Source: Bacillota bacterium
GTDB taxonomy: Bacteria > Bacillota > Sulfobacillia > JAUYEG01
Assembly (NCBI GenBank): GCA_030691505.1
Contig: JAUYEG010000087.1
Span: 2,476-66,475, forward strand
Length of the DNA: 64,000 bases
Direction of reading: 5' to 3'
This document shows positions 1 through 9,343 of this stretch, one piece after another. Made by a program: the position numbers and the translations under genes. Position 1 is the first letter of the stretch. Each line of letters begins with the position of its first letter. Under the pieces are notes generated by a model. The model made no database searches. It saw only the letters and a list, made by a program, of their open reading frames with translations, and had not been told where the DNA came from.

Positions 1-260
1 CCATCAGGCTGCTGGGCGCCGACCCCCGCTTCTACGGCGAGGACGGGGTCTCGTGGGACGCCCGCAGCGTGGCATACCGGGATAACCTCCGCCTGCAGTT
101 GGAGGCGGACGTTGAGGCCGAGCGCGGCGCCATTGCGCAATACGAACGCCACTTCAGCCTGATCGCCGACCCGCACATAAGACAACTGCTCACCCGCATC
201 ATCGCGGACGAGCAGTTGCACCTGTTCCTGTTTCGCTGGGCCCTGAACTACGTCCGGTAG
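1..260 (+). CDS. ferritin-like / rubrerythrin-family diiron domain protein, C-terminal fragment (open to window start)
   Basis: Reading frame runs from base 1 with no stop. Contains an ExxH motif (IIADEQLHL) and an EAERGAIAQYERH helix typical of ferritin-like four-helix bundles. Confidence 0.45.
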   Translation, partial: IRLLGADPRFYGEDGVSWDARSVAYRDNLRLQLEADVEAERGAIAQYERHFSLIADPHIRQLLTRIIADEQLHLFLFRWALNYVR

Positions 261-337
261 CCGCCGGTACCACCGGCGGTCAGCGGGGCGGGCTCCCCGC
301 ACACCGGGGGGCCCGCTTGGTCATGAGCCGGCAATCC

Positions 338-1642
338 TCAGGCGCCGAGCCCCGGCCACCTGCGTGCAGGGGCCGTGCGCCGCATTTCCTCCGGTATATC
401 CGTGAAAGCCAGGACCGAGTTTTGCCCGCCGAAACCGAACGAGTTTGAAATCGCCGCCCGGATCATCGCTGCGCGGGCGACATTGGGAACGTAGTCCAGG
501 TCGCACTCGGGGTCCGGGTACTCGTAGTTGATCGTCGGCGGCAGAGTGCCCCGGTTGATCGCGAGTATGCAGGCCACGGCCTCGATGGCCCCCGCCGCGC
601 CGAGCATGTGGCCTGTCACCGACTTGGTCGAGCTCACCGGTGGCGGGTTCCCTTCCCACAGCCTCTTGATCACCTGCGACTCATCCTTGTCGTTGGCCGG
701 TGTCGAGGTGCCGTGGGCATTGATGTAGCCGACGTCCGCAAGCGTGAGGCCCGCGTCCGCGATGGCCATGCGCATGCCCTCGAGCCGCCCTAGGCCGTCC
801 GGCGCAGGGGCCGTGATGTGCGCCGCATCCGCCGTCTGGCTGCGGCCGGCTACCGCGCCGTAGGCCCGGGCCCCGCGCCGCAGCGCATGCTCCTCGGATT
901 CCAGGATCAACACGGCGGCGCCCTCGGACATCACGAATCCGTCCCTCTGGGCATCAAACGGACGGCTTGCCCGCGCCGGCTCATCGTTGCGCGTCGAAAG
1001 CGTGTGCGCCGCGCCGAACCCCGCAATGGACACCCTGGTGAAGGGGGCTTCGGTGCCGCCCGCGAGGACCACGTCCGCCTCTCCCCACTGGATCAGCCGC
1101 ATCGCGTCGCCAACGGCGTCAGCGCCGGAGGCGCAGGCGGTTACCACGGTGGTGCAGGGGCCCCGGGCTCCGGTAAGCATGGATATCTGGCCGGCGGCCA
1201 TGTTGCCGATCATCATCGGGATGGTGTAGGGGCTGACACGCCGCGGCCCGCGGTCGTTCATGGTCCGGATCTGTTCGACGATCGTCTGGATGCCGCCGAT
1301 GCCGGTGCCGAGCACTATCCCTGTGCGAAAGGCGCCGTTGGAGGTGATGGTAAGATCGGCGTCGTGGAGGGCCATCCTCGCCGCCGCCACGGCGAACTGG
1401 GCGAAACGGTCCATCCGCTTGGCCTCGTGGCTTTCGACGAAATCGCCGGGGCGGAACTCCTTGACCTCACCGCCAATCGTGGAACGCAGGTCAGTAGTGT
1501 CAATACACTCGAGCTTGCTGATCCCCGACCGTCCCCGGACGAGGGAGTCCCAGAACGCCTCAACATCAAGGCCGCAGCTGCTGACTACACCCATACCGGT
1601 CACAAGGGCGCGGGGCGGGTTTGCGGAGCGGCCTGTGGACAC
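338..1642 (-). CDS. fabF: 3-oxoacyl-ACP synthase II (beta-ketoacyl-ACP synthase)
   Basis: 434 aa. N-terminal ALVTGMGVVS, active-site Cys region (TACASG) and His-His region (NAHGTST, GHMLGAAG). GTG start overlaps the acpP stop by 1 nt. Confidence 0.9.
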   Translation of the reverse strand: MSTGRSANPPRALVTGMGVVSSCGLDVEAFWDSLVRGRSGISKLECIDTTDLRSTIGGEVKEFRPGDFVESHEAKRMDRFAQFAVAAARMALHDADLTITSNGAFRTGIVLGTGIGGIQTIVEQIRTMNDRGPRRVSPYTIPMMIGNMAAGQISMLTGARGPCTTVVTACASGADAVGDAMRLIQWGEADVVLAGGTEAPFTRVSIAGFGAAHTLSTRNDEPARASRPFDAQRDGFVMSEGAAVLILESEEHALRRGARAYGAVAGRSQTADAAHITAPAPDGLGRLEGMRMAIADAGLTLADVGYINAHGTSTPANDKDESQVIKRLWEGNPPPVSSTKSVTGHMLGAAGAIEAVACILAINRGTLPPTINYEYPDPECDLDYVPNVARAAMIRAAISNSFGFGGQNSVLAFTDIPEEMRRTAPARRWPGLGA

Positions 1643-1893
1643 TAGGCTCCCTCCGCCAGCCGTTTCTTGACGTACTCGACCACGTCACGAACCGTCTTGA
1701 TGTACTCGGCGTCCTCGTCCGGCACCTCGATGCCAAACCGCTCTTCCAGGGACATGATCAACTCCAACATGTCCAGCGAGTCCCCGCCGAGATCCTCAAT
1801 CAGCCGGGACTCGGCGTGGATCTCCTTGCCCTCGGTCTTGAGCGTGCTCTCGATCGCGCTGCTGACTGCAGCCAGTATTTCCTGGTCTTCCAT
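1642..1893 (-). CDS. acpP: acyl carrier protein
   Basis: 83 aa, acidic, with the phosphopantetheine attachment motif LGGDSLD. Confidence 0.9.
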   Translation of the reverse strand: MEDQEILAAVSSAIESTLKTEGKEIHAESRLIEDLGGDSLDMLELIMSLEERFGIEVPDEDAEYIKTVRDVVEYVKKRLAEGA

Positions 1894-1945
1894 TTAACGT
1901 CCCTCCTCACGTGACCGCGCTGACCGCGGGATGCGCCTGGGGGGG

Positions 1946-2914
1946 CTACGCCCCGGCTGCGGCAGCGATCGCACCCAAGCGGCTGAGCTCGTCGATGCAG
2001 GCCTGGATGGTCTCCGGCCCTTCGACGTTGATTGTCGTTGCCTGCGGTTCGATCCGGTTGACGAAGCGGGTCAGAACCCGTCCCGGCCCTACCTCGATGA
2101 AGATGCTGATGCCCATCTCGTCAAACATGTACCGGACAGAATCCTCCCACAGCACGGGCGACGAGATCTGCACCAGAAGGGATCTGCGGATCTCGTCTGG
2201 TTCCTGTGAGGGCCGTGCGGACGCATTGGCGATGACCGGAACCATGGGCCTGCCCACGACGGCTCCGGCCAGGGCCTGCGCGAACTGAACCTCGACGGTG
2301 CGCAGGAGCGAGCAATGGAATGGGGCGGTGACCGCAAGCGGGATGACCTTGCGGGCTCCGGCACGCTTGGCGGCATCGGCAGCGGCCCGAACTGCCTCGG
2401 TGTGGCCGGAGATGACGATCTGGTCGGGAGCGTTGAAATTGGCGGGTTCGACGATGCCGTAGCCGGACGAGTCGCTGCACGCCCGGACAACCTCGGCGCG
2501 AGGCAACCCGATAACCGCCGCCATCGCGCCCTGCCCTTTGGGTACGGCTTCCTGCATCAATCTGGCCCTGACGCTGACGAGGCGCATTGCGTCGCCGAGG
2601 TCCAGGCTGCCCGCGCCGACGAGCGCGGTATACTCCCCGAGGCTCAGCCCGGCCATTGCCGCCGGCCTGACGCCCGCCTCGACCAGCGGGGCAAGCGTCG
2701 CCAGGCTTACCGCAAGGATCGCCGGCTGCGCGTTGGCGGTATCCGCCAGCTGATCAGCCGTGCTATCCCAGGCGATGCGCCGCACGTCGCGGCCAAGACC
2801 CAAGGACGCACGGTCAAGCACCTGGCGGGACGCTTGGTAAGCCTCAGCAACCTCGCGGCCCATGCCCGGATACTGAGCACCTTGACCCGGAAAAATGAAC
2901 GCTACACGCTTCAA
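1946..2914 (-). CDS. fabD: malonyl-CoA:ACP transacylase
   Basis: 322 aa. Contains the GQGAQ and GLSLGEY active-site motifs. Confidence 0.9.
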   Translation of the reverse strand: MKRVAFIFPGQGAQYPGMGREVAEAYQASRQVLDRASLGLGRDVRRIAWDSTADQLADTANAQPAILAVSLATLAPLVEAGVRPAAMAGLSLGEYTALVGAGSLDLGDAMRLVSVRARLMQEAVPKGQGAMAAVIGLPRAEVVRACSDSSGYGIVEPANFNAPDQIVISGHTEAVRAAADAAKRAGARKVIPLAVTAPFHCSLLRTVEVQFAQALAGAVVGRPMVPVIANASARPSQEPDEIRRSLLVQISSPVLWEDSVRYMFDEMGISIFIEVGPGRVLTRFVNRIEPQATTINVEGPETIQACIDELSRLGAIAAAAGA

Positions 2915-3100
2915 TGAGCACTACCTCCCGGACTGGTGGGCATCGTTGTCGCGAGGACAAATAGCCAGCGCTGTTCCGAGGCCGATTAGGCGCAAGTAAT
3001 ATGACCCACTATTAAGAGCATATACCATGCGACTAATATTACACCGCGACCAAGCCCGCGGGCAAGAGCCAACGAAGTCCAACGAGGCAGCAAGAAAAGG
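2915..3100 (-). promoter_or_regulatory. AT-rich leader upstream of fabD-acpP-fabF, with palindromic elements
   Basis: A locally AT-rich island (taatatgacccactattaagagcatataccatgcgactaatatta) in an otherwise ~68% GC window. It lies immediately upstream of fabD on the minus strand. Confidence 0.35.
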
Positions 3101-3148
3101 GAATTGATGGGCTGCAAGGGTGGCCTGAGCGCGGGCTTTCCTTCACGG

Positions 3149-3499
3149 CTAGACGCGCGGAAGCCACCGCAGCTGCTGCAAGAAAGCCTCCAGTTCCTCG
3201 CGCGACTTGACTTCCTTTTGCGCCGAATCCGGAGCCGGGATGCGACCGATCTCCGCGCCCCGCCAAAAGGCGATGAAAGTGGGGATACCCCGCACGAGGT
3301 GCGCATCGCGTATCTCGGGCGCCACCATCGTGTCGATCTCCGCGAAGGTGAACGCATCGGCGTATTGCTCTGCGAGCTCCGCGGCAGGTTTCCTTATTGC
3401 CCGGCAGTCCTTGCACCAATCCGCGTAGAACTTGACGATAACCGGACGGTCCTGCCGGTTGATGACCGACGTGAAGTTGGTCTGGTCGAGGGACAGCAT
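3149..3499 (-). CDS. thioredoxin-family protein with atypical WCKDC active site
   Basis: Thioredoxin fold signature (KFYADWCKDCRAI ... GIPTFIAF). Start is probably the internal Met (MLSLDQ) rather than the track start at 3538. Confidence 0.7.
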   Translation of the reverse strand: MLSLDQTNFTSVINRQDRPVIVKFYADWCKDCRAIRKPAAELAEQYADAFTFAEIDTMVAPEIRDAHLVRGIPTFIAFWRGAEIGRIPAPDSAQKEVKSREELEAFLQQLRWLPRV

Positions 3500-3604
3500 T
3501 GTGCCCCGCTCACCCCCCGACAAGTATATCCAATGCATGCCCCGCTGTCAGGGGGCAACCGCGGCGGCCGGGGCGCGCGGCAAGCCGTCCGGGAGGGAAT
3601 AGGA

Positions 3605-4993
3605 ATGCGCATGCTTGACCTTATCGAGCACAAGAAACGCGGCGGCGAACACGCTACCGCCGACATAAGGGCGCTGGTCGAGGGCTATCAGGCCGGGGAC
3701 GTGCCCGACTACCAGATGGCGGCATGGCTTATGGCCGTACGCTGGCGAGGCATGTCGCTCGCCGAAACGGAGGCGCTCACCTGGGCGATGGCCGAAAGCG
3801 GCGAGCGCCTCGACCTTTCCGGCCTCCCGCGCCCCTGGGTCGACAAGCACAGCACCGGTGGCGTGGGCGACAAACTGACGCTGATCGTCGTCCCGCTGCT
3901 CGTCGCCGCGGGTGCCACCGTGATCAAGCTATCCGGGCGCGGTCTCGGCCACACGGGGGGCACGGTCGACAAGCTCGGGGCGATACCGGGCCTGCGCCTG
4001 TTCATGGAAACCGCGGAGCTGGTTGAGTGCGCACGGCGGGCGGGCGGCTGCCTGGCCGGGCATTCAAGCTCGCTCGTGCCTGCCGACGGGCTGATTTACG
4101 CCCTGCGTGACGTTACGGCGACTGTGGACAGCCTGCCCCTCATCGCAGCCAGCATCATGTCCAAGAAGCTGGCCTCGGGGGCCGAAACGATGGTGTTTGA
4201 CGTCAAGGTCGGCCGCGGCGGCTTGCTGAGAAACCTGGAGGAGGCGCGGGCCCTGGCCAGGACCATGCTGGCCATCGCCGAACGTGCCGGGCGCCGCGCG
4301 GTCGCCCTGCTCACGGCGATGGATCAGCCTCTCGGGATGGCCGTGGGCAACGCGCTGGAGGTCAATGAGGCCGTAGAAGTGCTGAGGGGCGGCGGCCCGC
4401 GGGACGTCCGCCTGCTTTCGGTTGCTCTGGCCGGCGCGGCTCTGTGGGCCGCCGGCGCGGCGGATTCGACGGCCGGGGGTGAGAGCGAAGCTGCTGTCTT
4501 GCTGGACAGCGGGGCCGGCCTCCGCTCTTTCGAGGGCATCATCGGCGCGCAGGGCGGCGACACCGCCGCCGCCCTGCAGCCCGGCGGGCTTCACCTGCGG
4601 GGACCGGGGCATAAGGTGTCCGCACCGGCCGCGGGAGTAATCATGGACATCGACGCCCACGCTGTCGGCATGGCTTCGGTGGTGCTTGGCGCAGGGCGCA
4701 GCCGCAAGGGCGAGGACGTGGATCCGGGGGCAGGAGTACAGCTTCATGTCCGGGCCGGGGAGCGCGTGGCCACGGGCCAGCCGCTCGCCACGATATACGC
4801 GGCCGGCCAATCCCGCCTGCAGGCGGGGATGGAGCGGCTAGCATGCGCTTTTGTCCTGGCAGGCGATAATACCGGCCCGTCCGCGGCACCGGGGGCCGTG
4901 CCGGCCAAGGGGGCTCTTTCGGCCGGAAACGCTCTGCGTGCCCGTACCGGCGGCCTTGTGCTCGAGCGGATCGAGGCTGGCGCCTCACCATGA
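3605..4993 (+). CDS. pdp: pyrimidine-nucleoside (thymidine) phosphorylase
   Basis: KHSTGGVGDK phosphate-binding motif and a glycosyltransferase-family-3 fold. RBS GGGAGGG lies upstream of ATG 3605. The track ORF start at 3104 is an antisense-overlap extension. Confidence 0.85.
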   Translation: MRMLDLIEHKKRGGEHATADIRALVEGYQAGDVPDYQMAAWLMAVRWRGMSLAETEALTWAMAESGERLDLSGLPRPWVDKHSTGGVGDKLTLIVVPLLVAAGATVIKLSGRGLGHTGGTVDKLGAIPGLRLFMETAELVECARRAGGCLAGHSSSLVPADGLIYALRDVTATVDSLPLIAASIMSKKLASGAETMVFDVKVGRGGLLRNLEEARALARTMLAIAERAGRRAVALLTAMDQPLGMAVGNALEVNEAVEVLRGGGPRDVRLLSVALAGAALWAAGAADSTAGGESEAAVLLDSGAGLRSFEGIIGAQGGDTAAALQPGGLHLRGPGHKVSAPAAGVIMDIDAHAVGMASVVLGAGRSRKGEDVDPGAGVQLHVRAGERVATGQPLATIYAAGQSRLQAGMERLACAFVLAGDNTGPSAAPGAVPAKGALSAGNALRARTGGLVLERIEAGASP

Positions 4994-5040
4994 GCCCAGG
5001 TACGCCGTGCGCCTAGCCTATCCAGGGATTGCCGGCAATC

Positions 5041-5121
5041 AAAAGGCCCGGCGGCGGTTTGACCGGAGAAACCGGCCCTTACGCCGCCAGGCCCGTAGTT
5101 GATCGACCCTGCTGGCCTCTA
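5041..5121. terminator. bidirectional hairpin region between convergent pdp and the LysM gene
   Basis: Imperfect stem GGCCCGGCGGCG...CGCCGCCAGGCC and a perfect inverted repeat GCTCTAG-tg-CTAGAGC. No U-tract. Confidence 0.3.
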
Positions 5122-5124
5122 GTG

Positions 5125-6240
5125 CTAGAGCCCCGGGGGAAGAGCGACCCCCGTGAGGCCGGCCGCCTCCAGCACGTTGCGCTGGTGTCCGGCGTGTACG
5201 CTGTTGGTGCCGTGTGTGCGGCTGTGGCGGAAATGGATGCAGAAGTGGCCGCCAAAGTTGTTGCTGTAGATGCTCTGCCCGCCATGGGGCATGAAGTTCA
5301 TCGACGCGGCGACGGCGCGGCCGTCGACCAGTACCGCGATCGGTCGCGTGTTCCAGGTCCACCCGCCGCCGGCCAGCGACAGCATGGTCTGGGTGTCGGC
5401 CGGTGTAAGAGGCTCGCAGTCGGCATGGTTTGAGCCGCCGTAGTACTTGACCTTGAACTCACCTCCGGTGCGGACGTCGCGCACTGTAGCGGTCTTGCCC
5501 ACGTTGAAAATCCACCTGGCCTGCTCCCACGCCATCAGCTCTCCCTGGCCGTCGGGGCCGTGCGGACCCGTGGTCACCGACACAGCGCCGGCCGTGGTGC
5601 CGCTGCGCTGCACGAAGAGCGGCTGGGCGATCATGATCTTGTCCGAGTTGAGCTGGTTGGTGCGCCAAATTGCGTCCACGGTAGTCCCGTAGTCGTTGGC
5701 GATCTTGCTCAGGTACTCCCCGGCCTGCACGCGGTGCAGCGTGAACCCCTGGGAATAGACAAACCGGGCCGCCTTGAAAGGCGCGCCCGCCTCGGGCAGA
5801 GGATCGACCGGCGCGGAGGGCACGGTTGGCGCGCCTGTGCGGGGAAGCAACAGAACCTGTCCAGGATATATGATGGTTCTGGTCAGGCCGTTTACGGCCA
5901 TCAAGGCGTCAACGGTGGTCCCGTTGCGTGCGGCGATGAGCCAGAGTGTATCGCCGGACCGGACAGTGTACGTCAGAGCGCCCCCCGTCGGGGTTGTCGC
6001 CGCGCCGGGGATCGCGAGTACCTGCCCGACGTAGATGGTATCCGAGGTCAGTCCGTTGGCGGTCTTGAGCGCGGCGACGGTGGTGCCGTAGCGTTGTGCC
6101 AGCAACCAGAGGGTGTCTCCGCGGACGACCGTGTGGGATGTTGCGGCCATCGCCGGGCCCGGAGCGGTCGTGACAACGATCAGTATCATGGCCACGATGA
6201 TCACCGCGGCGGCACGGCGTCGCCGGTGGGCAATGCTCAT
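5125..6240 (-). CDS. secreted LysM-repeat peptidoglycan-binding protein with a C-terminal L,D-transpeptidase-like (YkuD-like) domain
   Basis: RBS AAGGAGG. Signal peptide (cleavage AMA|AT). About four LysM repeats (TVVRGDTLWLLAQRYGTTV, YTVRSGDTLWLIA, HRVQAGEYLSKIA). C-terminal MPHGG ... GGHFCIHF motif resembles the HG(T)...SHGCIR catalytic motif of LD-transpeptidases. Confidence 0.75.
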   Translation of the reverse strand: MSIAHRRRRAAAVIIVAMILIVVTTAPGPAMAATSHTVVRGDTLWLLAQRYGTTVAALKTANGLTSDTIYVGQVLAIPGAATTPTGGALTYTVRSGDTLWLIAARNGTTVDALMAVNGLTRTIIYPGQVLLLPRTGAPTVPSAPVDPLPEAGAPFKAARFVYSQGFTLHRVQAGEYLSKIANDYGTTVDAIWRTNQLNSDKIMIAQPLFVQRSGTTAGAVSVTTGPHGPDGQGELMAWEQARWIFNVGKTATVRDVRTGGEFKVKYYGGSNHADCEPLTPADTQTMLSLAGGGWTWNTRPIAVLVDGRAVAASMNFMPHGGQSIYSNNFGGHFCIHFRHSRTHGTNSVHAGHQRNVLEAAGLTGVALPPGL

Positions 6241-6346
6241 TGAGTCTTCGCCTCCTTGCGGCCGGAGGTTGTGGCATTACGTGGCCGCTAGATATAGGTT
6301 TCGCAGGCGTGTCTGATTCTTCCTCCGCAGGAGAAGCCGGGAATAT

Positions 6347-6796
6347 ATGGCAACAGGCAGTTCAGATGCTGTTTCATTTCCGCCCTCGTTGACCGGGCGG
6401 CGGCTATTCCTTGAGCGCCCGGCGCGCTGGGAGTTTGGCGAGCACGTGTACAAGGTCAGGAAGCTCGCGGGGCAGGAGATCGGGGAGATCGCATTTCGCA
6501 ATCTCAACCGGTGTCTTTCGCAGGCGGAGCTGGGGATTGAGCTGTACCCCGGCTTTCGGGGCCAGGGCTTTGGCCCGGAATCAATCGAGCTGCTGCTGCG
6601 CGAGCTCTTTGACCGGTACCTGCTGGATCGAGTCTACCTCAGGGTGCGCGAGCCAAACACCCAGGCCCGCCGGGCTTACGAGAAAGCCGGTTTCCGCCAT
6701 GTGCGCACCGTCCGCTGGCCGCTCGTCGGTGTGGTGCGCTATCTGGTGATGGAAATCACCCGCGGGGAGTGCCTCGCTCGGCGAGGGCAGAGTTGA
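6347..6796 (+). CDS. GNAT family N-acetyltransferase (RimJ/RimL-like)
   Basis: GNAT motif A (ELYPGFRGQGFG) and ARRAYEKAGFRH. Confidence 0.8.
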   Translation: MATGSSDAVSFPPSLTGRRLFLERPARWEFGEHVYKVRKLAGQEIGEIAFRNLNRCLSQAELGIELYPGFRGQGFGPESIELLLRELFDRYLLDRVYLRVREPNTQARRAYEKAGFRHVRTVRWPLVGVVRYLVMEITRGECLARRGQS

Positions 6797-7724
6797 GGTC
6801 GTCGCGCATCTTGCGCGCGGCCGCGGCCGCGGCCGCCCGGTAGTCGAGCCCCCGGTCGCGGGCCCAGGCCGCCTGGTGGGCGAAGATTATCTCACGCGCC
6901 GAGTTGACCACGGCTCCGAAACCCTGAGCGTCGAAGTTGGCCAGCGTATCGCGTGCCGTTGCTCCCTGCGCGCCATAGCCGGGCACGAGGAACCAGCTGT
7001 GAGGGAGTATCTCGCGCACTTTCTCCGCCTGGGCCGGGTAGGTCGCGCCGACGACGGCGCCGACCGGCGAGTAGCCGGACCTGCCGGTCAGCCCCGAGCC
7101 CAAAGCTGCAAGCAGACGTGCCACCCGGAGGTAAACGGGCTCGCCGTCGACCTCAAGGTCCTGGAGATCGCCGGCCGAGGGATTGGATGTGCGCACTAGC
7201 ACGAATATCCCCTTGCCGTGCGCGGTGCAGGCATTGATAAACGGCAGGATGCCGTCGCGCCCGAGGTACGGGTGCACCGTCAGCGCATCGGGACTAAATC
7301 CAGGTGCTTCGCCGCCGCCGATAAGCGGCGTCAGGCCCAGGTGCCCCTGGGCATACGCCTCGGCGGTGCTGCCGATGTCGCCCCGCTTGGCGTCCTCGAT
7401 CACCAGGAGGCCGTGCTCGTGCGCGCATCCGATCAGGGCCTCCAGCGCGTACATCCCCGGGGGGCCCAGGGCCTCAAAGAACGCGGCCTGTGGTTTGAAC
7501 GCCGCCGCGTACTCGGCGACCGCGCCGATGATCCCGCACCCGAATTCCAGAAAGGCCATTGCCACAGCCAGCGGGGTGTTGGCGTGACGGTCAAGGGCCT
7601 CGCGGGCGACAGCGGGGGGGAGCCGTCCGAGCACGGGGTCGAGGCCCACACAGACGCGGGAGTTCTTGCTGCGCACGGCATCGTACAGGCGGTCGGCAAA
7701 AGGACTGGTCGCTGCTGTCGGCAT
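6756..7724 (-). CDS. pyrF: orotidine-5'-phosphate decarboxylase (long type-2 form)
   Basis: VCVGLDP and DAKRGDIGSTA motifs. Confidence 0.85.
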   Translation of the reverse strand: MPTAATSPFADRLYDAVRSKNSRVCVGLDPVLGRLPPAVAREALDRHANTPLAVAMAFLEFGCGIIGAVAEYAAAFKPQAAFFEALGPPGMYALEALIGCAHEHGLLVIEDAKRGDIGSTAEAYAQGHLGLTPLIGGGEAPGFSPDALTVHPYLGRDGILPFINACTAHGKGIFVLVRTSNPSAGDLQDLEVDGEPVYLRVARLLAALGSGLTGRSGYSPVGAVVGATYPAQAEKVREILPHSWFLVPGYGAQGATARDTLANFDAQGFGAVVNSAREIIFAHQAAWARDRGLDYRAAAAAAARKMRDDLNSALAERGTPRG

Positions 7725-7891
7725 CGGTGATCGGTCCTTTCGGGTCAGGTTCGGTGCTGGCTAAGTTTGCCCCCGGACGGTCCTGTCCCTGCCGCGCTCT
7801 ACGCCCCCGCCGCGCAACCCGGCCGGAGTCCCCGTTCATAGACTGGTACGGGGAAGCGGCGCCGGAGCCGCAGCCCTGCGGAGGGGTTCCC

Positions 7892-9343
7892 TTGGCAGTT
7901 CGATTTGGCACGGATGGCTGGCGTGCCGTGATCGCCGATGAATTCACGATGAGCAACGTAGCCCTGGTCGCGGCGGCTGCGGCGGCACTGCTGCACGAGC
8001 GAGGGACCGCGGGAGAGGGCGTCGTGGTGGGACACGACCGGCGCTTCCTGTCCGACGCGTTCGCGCGCAGGTGCGCCCACGTCCTGGCGTCGTCCGGGGT
8101 ACGCGTGCTGCTGTGCGGCTATCCATGTCCGACACCTGCGGTGGGCCTCGCCGTCCGTTCCACGTCCAGCGCCCTCGGCATCATCGTCACCGCCAGCCAC
8201 AACCCCTACCAGTACAACGGCATCAAGCTCCGCGCGGCCACGGGTGCGCCGCTGGGCCCGGAGGACCGGCGCTGGATTGAGGAATGGATCGCCTCCGCAC
8301 GTGACGGAATCATGAGCCGCCTGGCCCGTCCGGGCGGCGAGGGACGCATACGGGCGCACGACCCCTGGCCGGAGTACCGGAACCACGTTGCCGCCCGCGT
8401 CGACCTTGAGGCGATCGGGGCCGCCGGCCGTACCGTGATCCATGACGCGATGCACGGGGCCGCCGCGGGATGGCTAGAGCGACTGGTTCCTCAGGTCCGC
8501 ACTGTCCGCAGGTCCCGGGATCCGCTCTTCGGAGGAACGGTGCCCGAGCCGCTTGCCGAAAACCTGACATCCCTCAGCCGCCGTGTGCGACGGTCCGCAC
8601 GCCCGGCAATCGGCCTGGCAACCGACGGTGACGGCGACCGCCTTGCGGCCATCGCCGAGGACGGGACCTATGTGGACTCGCACCATCTGCTTGCGCTCCT
8701 CTACTCCCACCTGGTTGAGGTACGGGGACTGCGGGGGCGCGCCGTGCGCACCGTCACCACGTCCGCGCTGGTTGACCGGCTTGCAGAGAGCTACGGGCTG
8801 CCCGTTGACGTCACTCCCGTCGGCTTCTGGCACGTGGCGAGACGGTTTGCGGCGGCTGTCAGGCCTCCCGCGGTCATCGGCGGAGAGGAGAGCGGGGGGA
8901 TCGGTTTTCCGCTGCACCTTCCCGAGCGAGACGGCATCTTCGCGGGCCTCATGCTCCTCGAGCACCTGACGCGGCAAGGCGTCACCCTGCGGGAGGCGAT
9001 AGACCGTCTGGCGCAGCGCTGCGGCCGTACCTATATTGACAGGCGCGACGTCAGGCTGCCGGCCGGGGAGGCCGCCGCGGAGGAGGCCGAGCGGGCCTGC
9101 TTGCCCCCGCGGACCCTGCTTGGACGCCCTGTGTTGCGGTGGCAGCGGGTTGACGGGCTCTGCATCGAAGCCGCGGGGGCCTGCCGCCTCCACGTGCGCG
9201 CGAGCCACACTGAGCCCGTGCTGCGGCTTTACGCCGAGGCCGGCAGCCGCGAGGACGTCGCTGCCCTGCTTGAGGAAGGGATTGCCCTGGTCAGAGCAGG
9301 TGATCGAGGCCTGCGCGACGGAGTTCCTCCTGTAGCAGTTTGA
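7892..9343 (+). CDS. phosphomannomutase / phosphoglucomutase
   Basis: FGTDGWR N-terminal motif and TASHNP active-site serine loop. TTG start with RBS GGAGGGG. The track ORF start at 7559 is an extension. Confidence 0.8.
   Translation: MAVRFGTDGWRAVIADEFTMSNVALVAAAAAALLHERGTAGEGVVVGHDRRFLSDAFARRCAHVLASSGVRVLLCGYPCPTPAVGLAVRSTSSALGIIVTASHNPYQYNGIKLRAATGAPLGPEDRRWIEEWIASARDGIMSRLARPGGEGRIRAHDPWPEYRNHVAARVDLEAIGAAGRTVIHDAMHGAAAGWLERLVPQVRTVRRSRDPLFGGTVPEPLAENLTSLSRRVRRSARPAIGLATDGDGDRLAAIAEDGTYVDSHHLLALLYSHLVEVRGLRGRAVRTVTTSALVDRLAESYGLPVDVTPVGFWHVARRFAAAVRPPAVIGGEESGGIGFPLHLPERDGIFAGLMLLEHLTRQGVTLREAIDRLAQRCGRTYIDRRDVRLPAGEAAAEEAERACLPPRTLLGRPVLRWQRVDGLCIEAAGACRLHVRASHTEPVLRLYAEAGSREDVAALLEEGIALVRAGDRGLRDGVPPVAV

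Noticed and set aside
2915-3100. FapR operator upstream of fabD
   Set aside because: The AT-rich palindromic sequence does not match the TTAGTACCAGGTACTAA-type consensus closely, and no fapR gene is present.
3104-3604. 5' part of the 629-aa ORF preceding pdp
   Set aside because: It overlaps the thioredoxin gene antisense and shows no homology. A strong RBS and ATG at 3605 start the recognisable Pdp sequence.
7559-7891. N-terminal extension of the phosphomannomutase ORF
   Set aside because: It is Arg/Pro-rich junk overlapping pyrF antisense. Conserved FGTDGWR begins right after TTG 7892, which has a GGAGGGG RBS.
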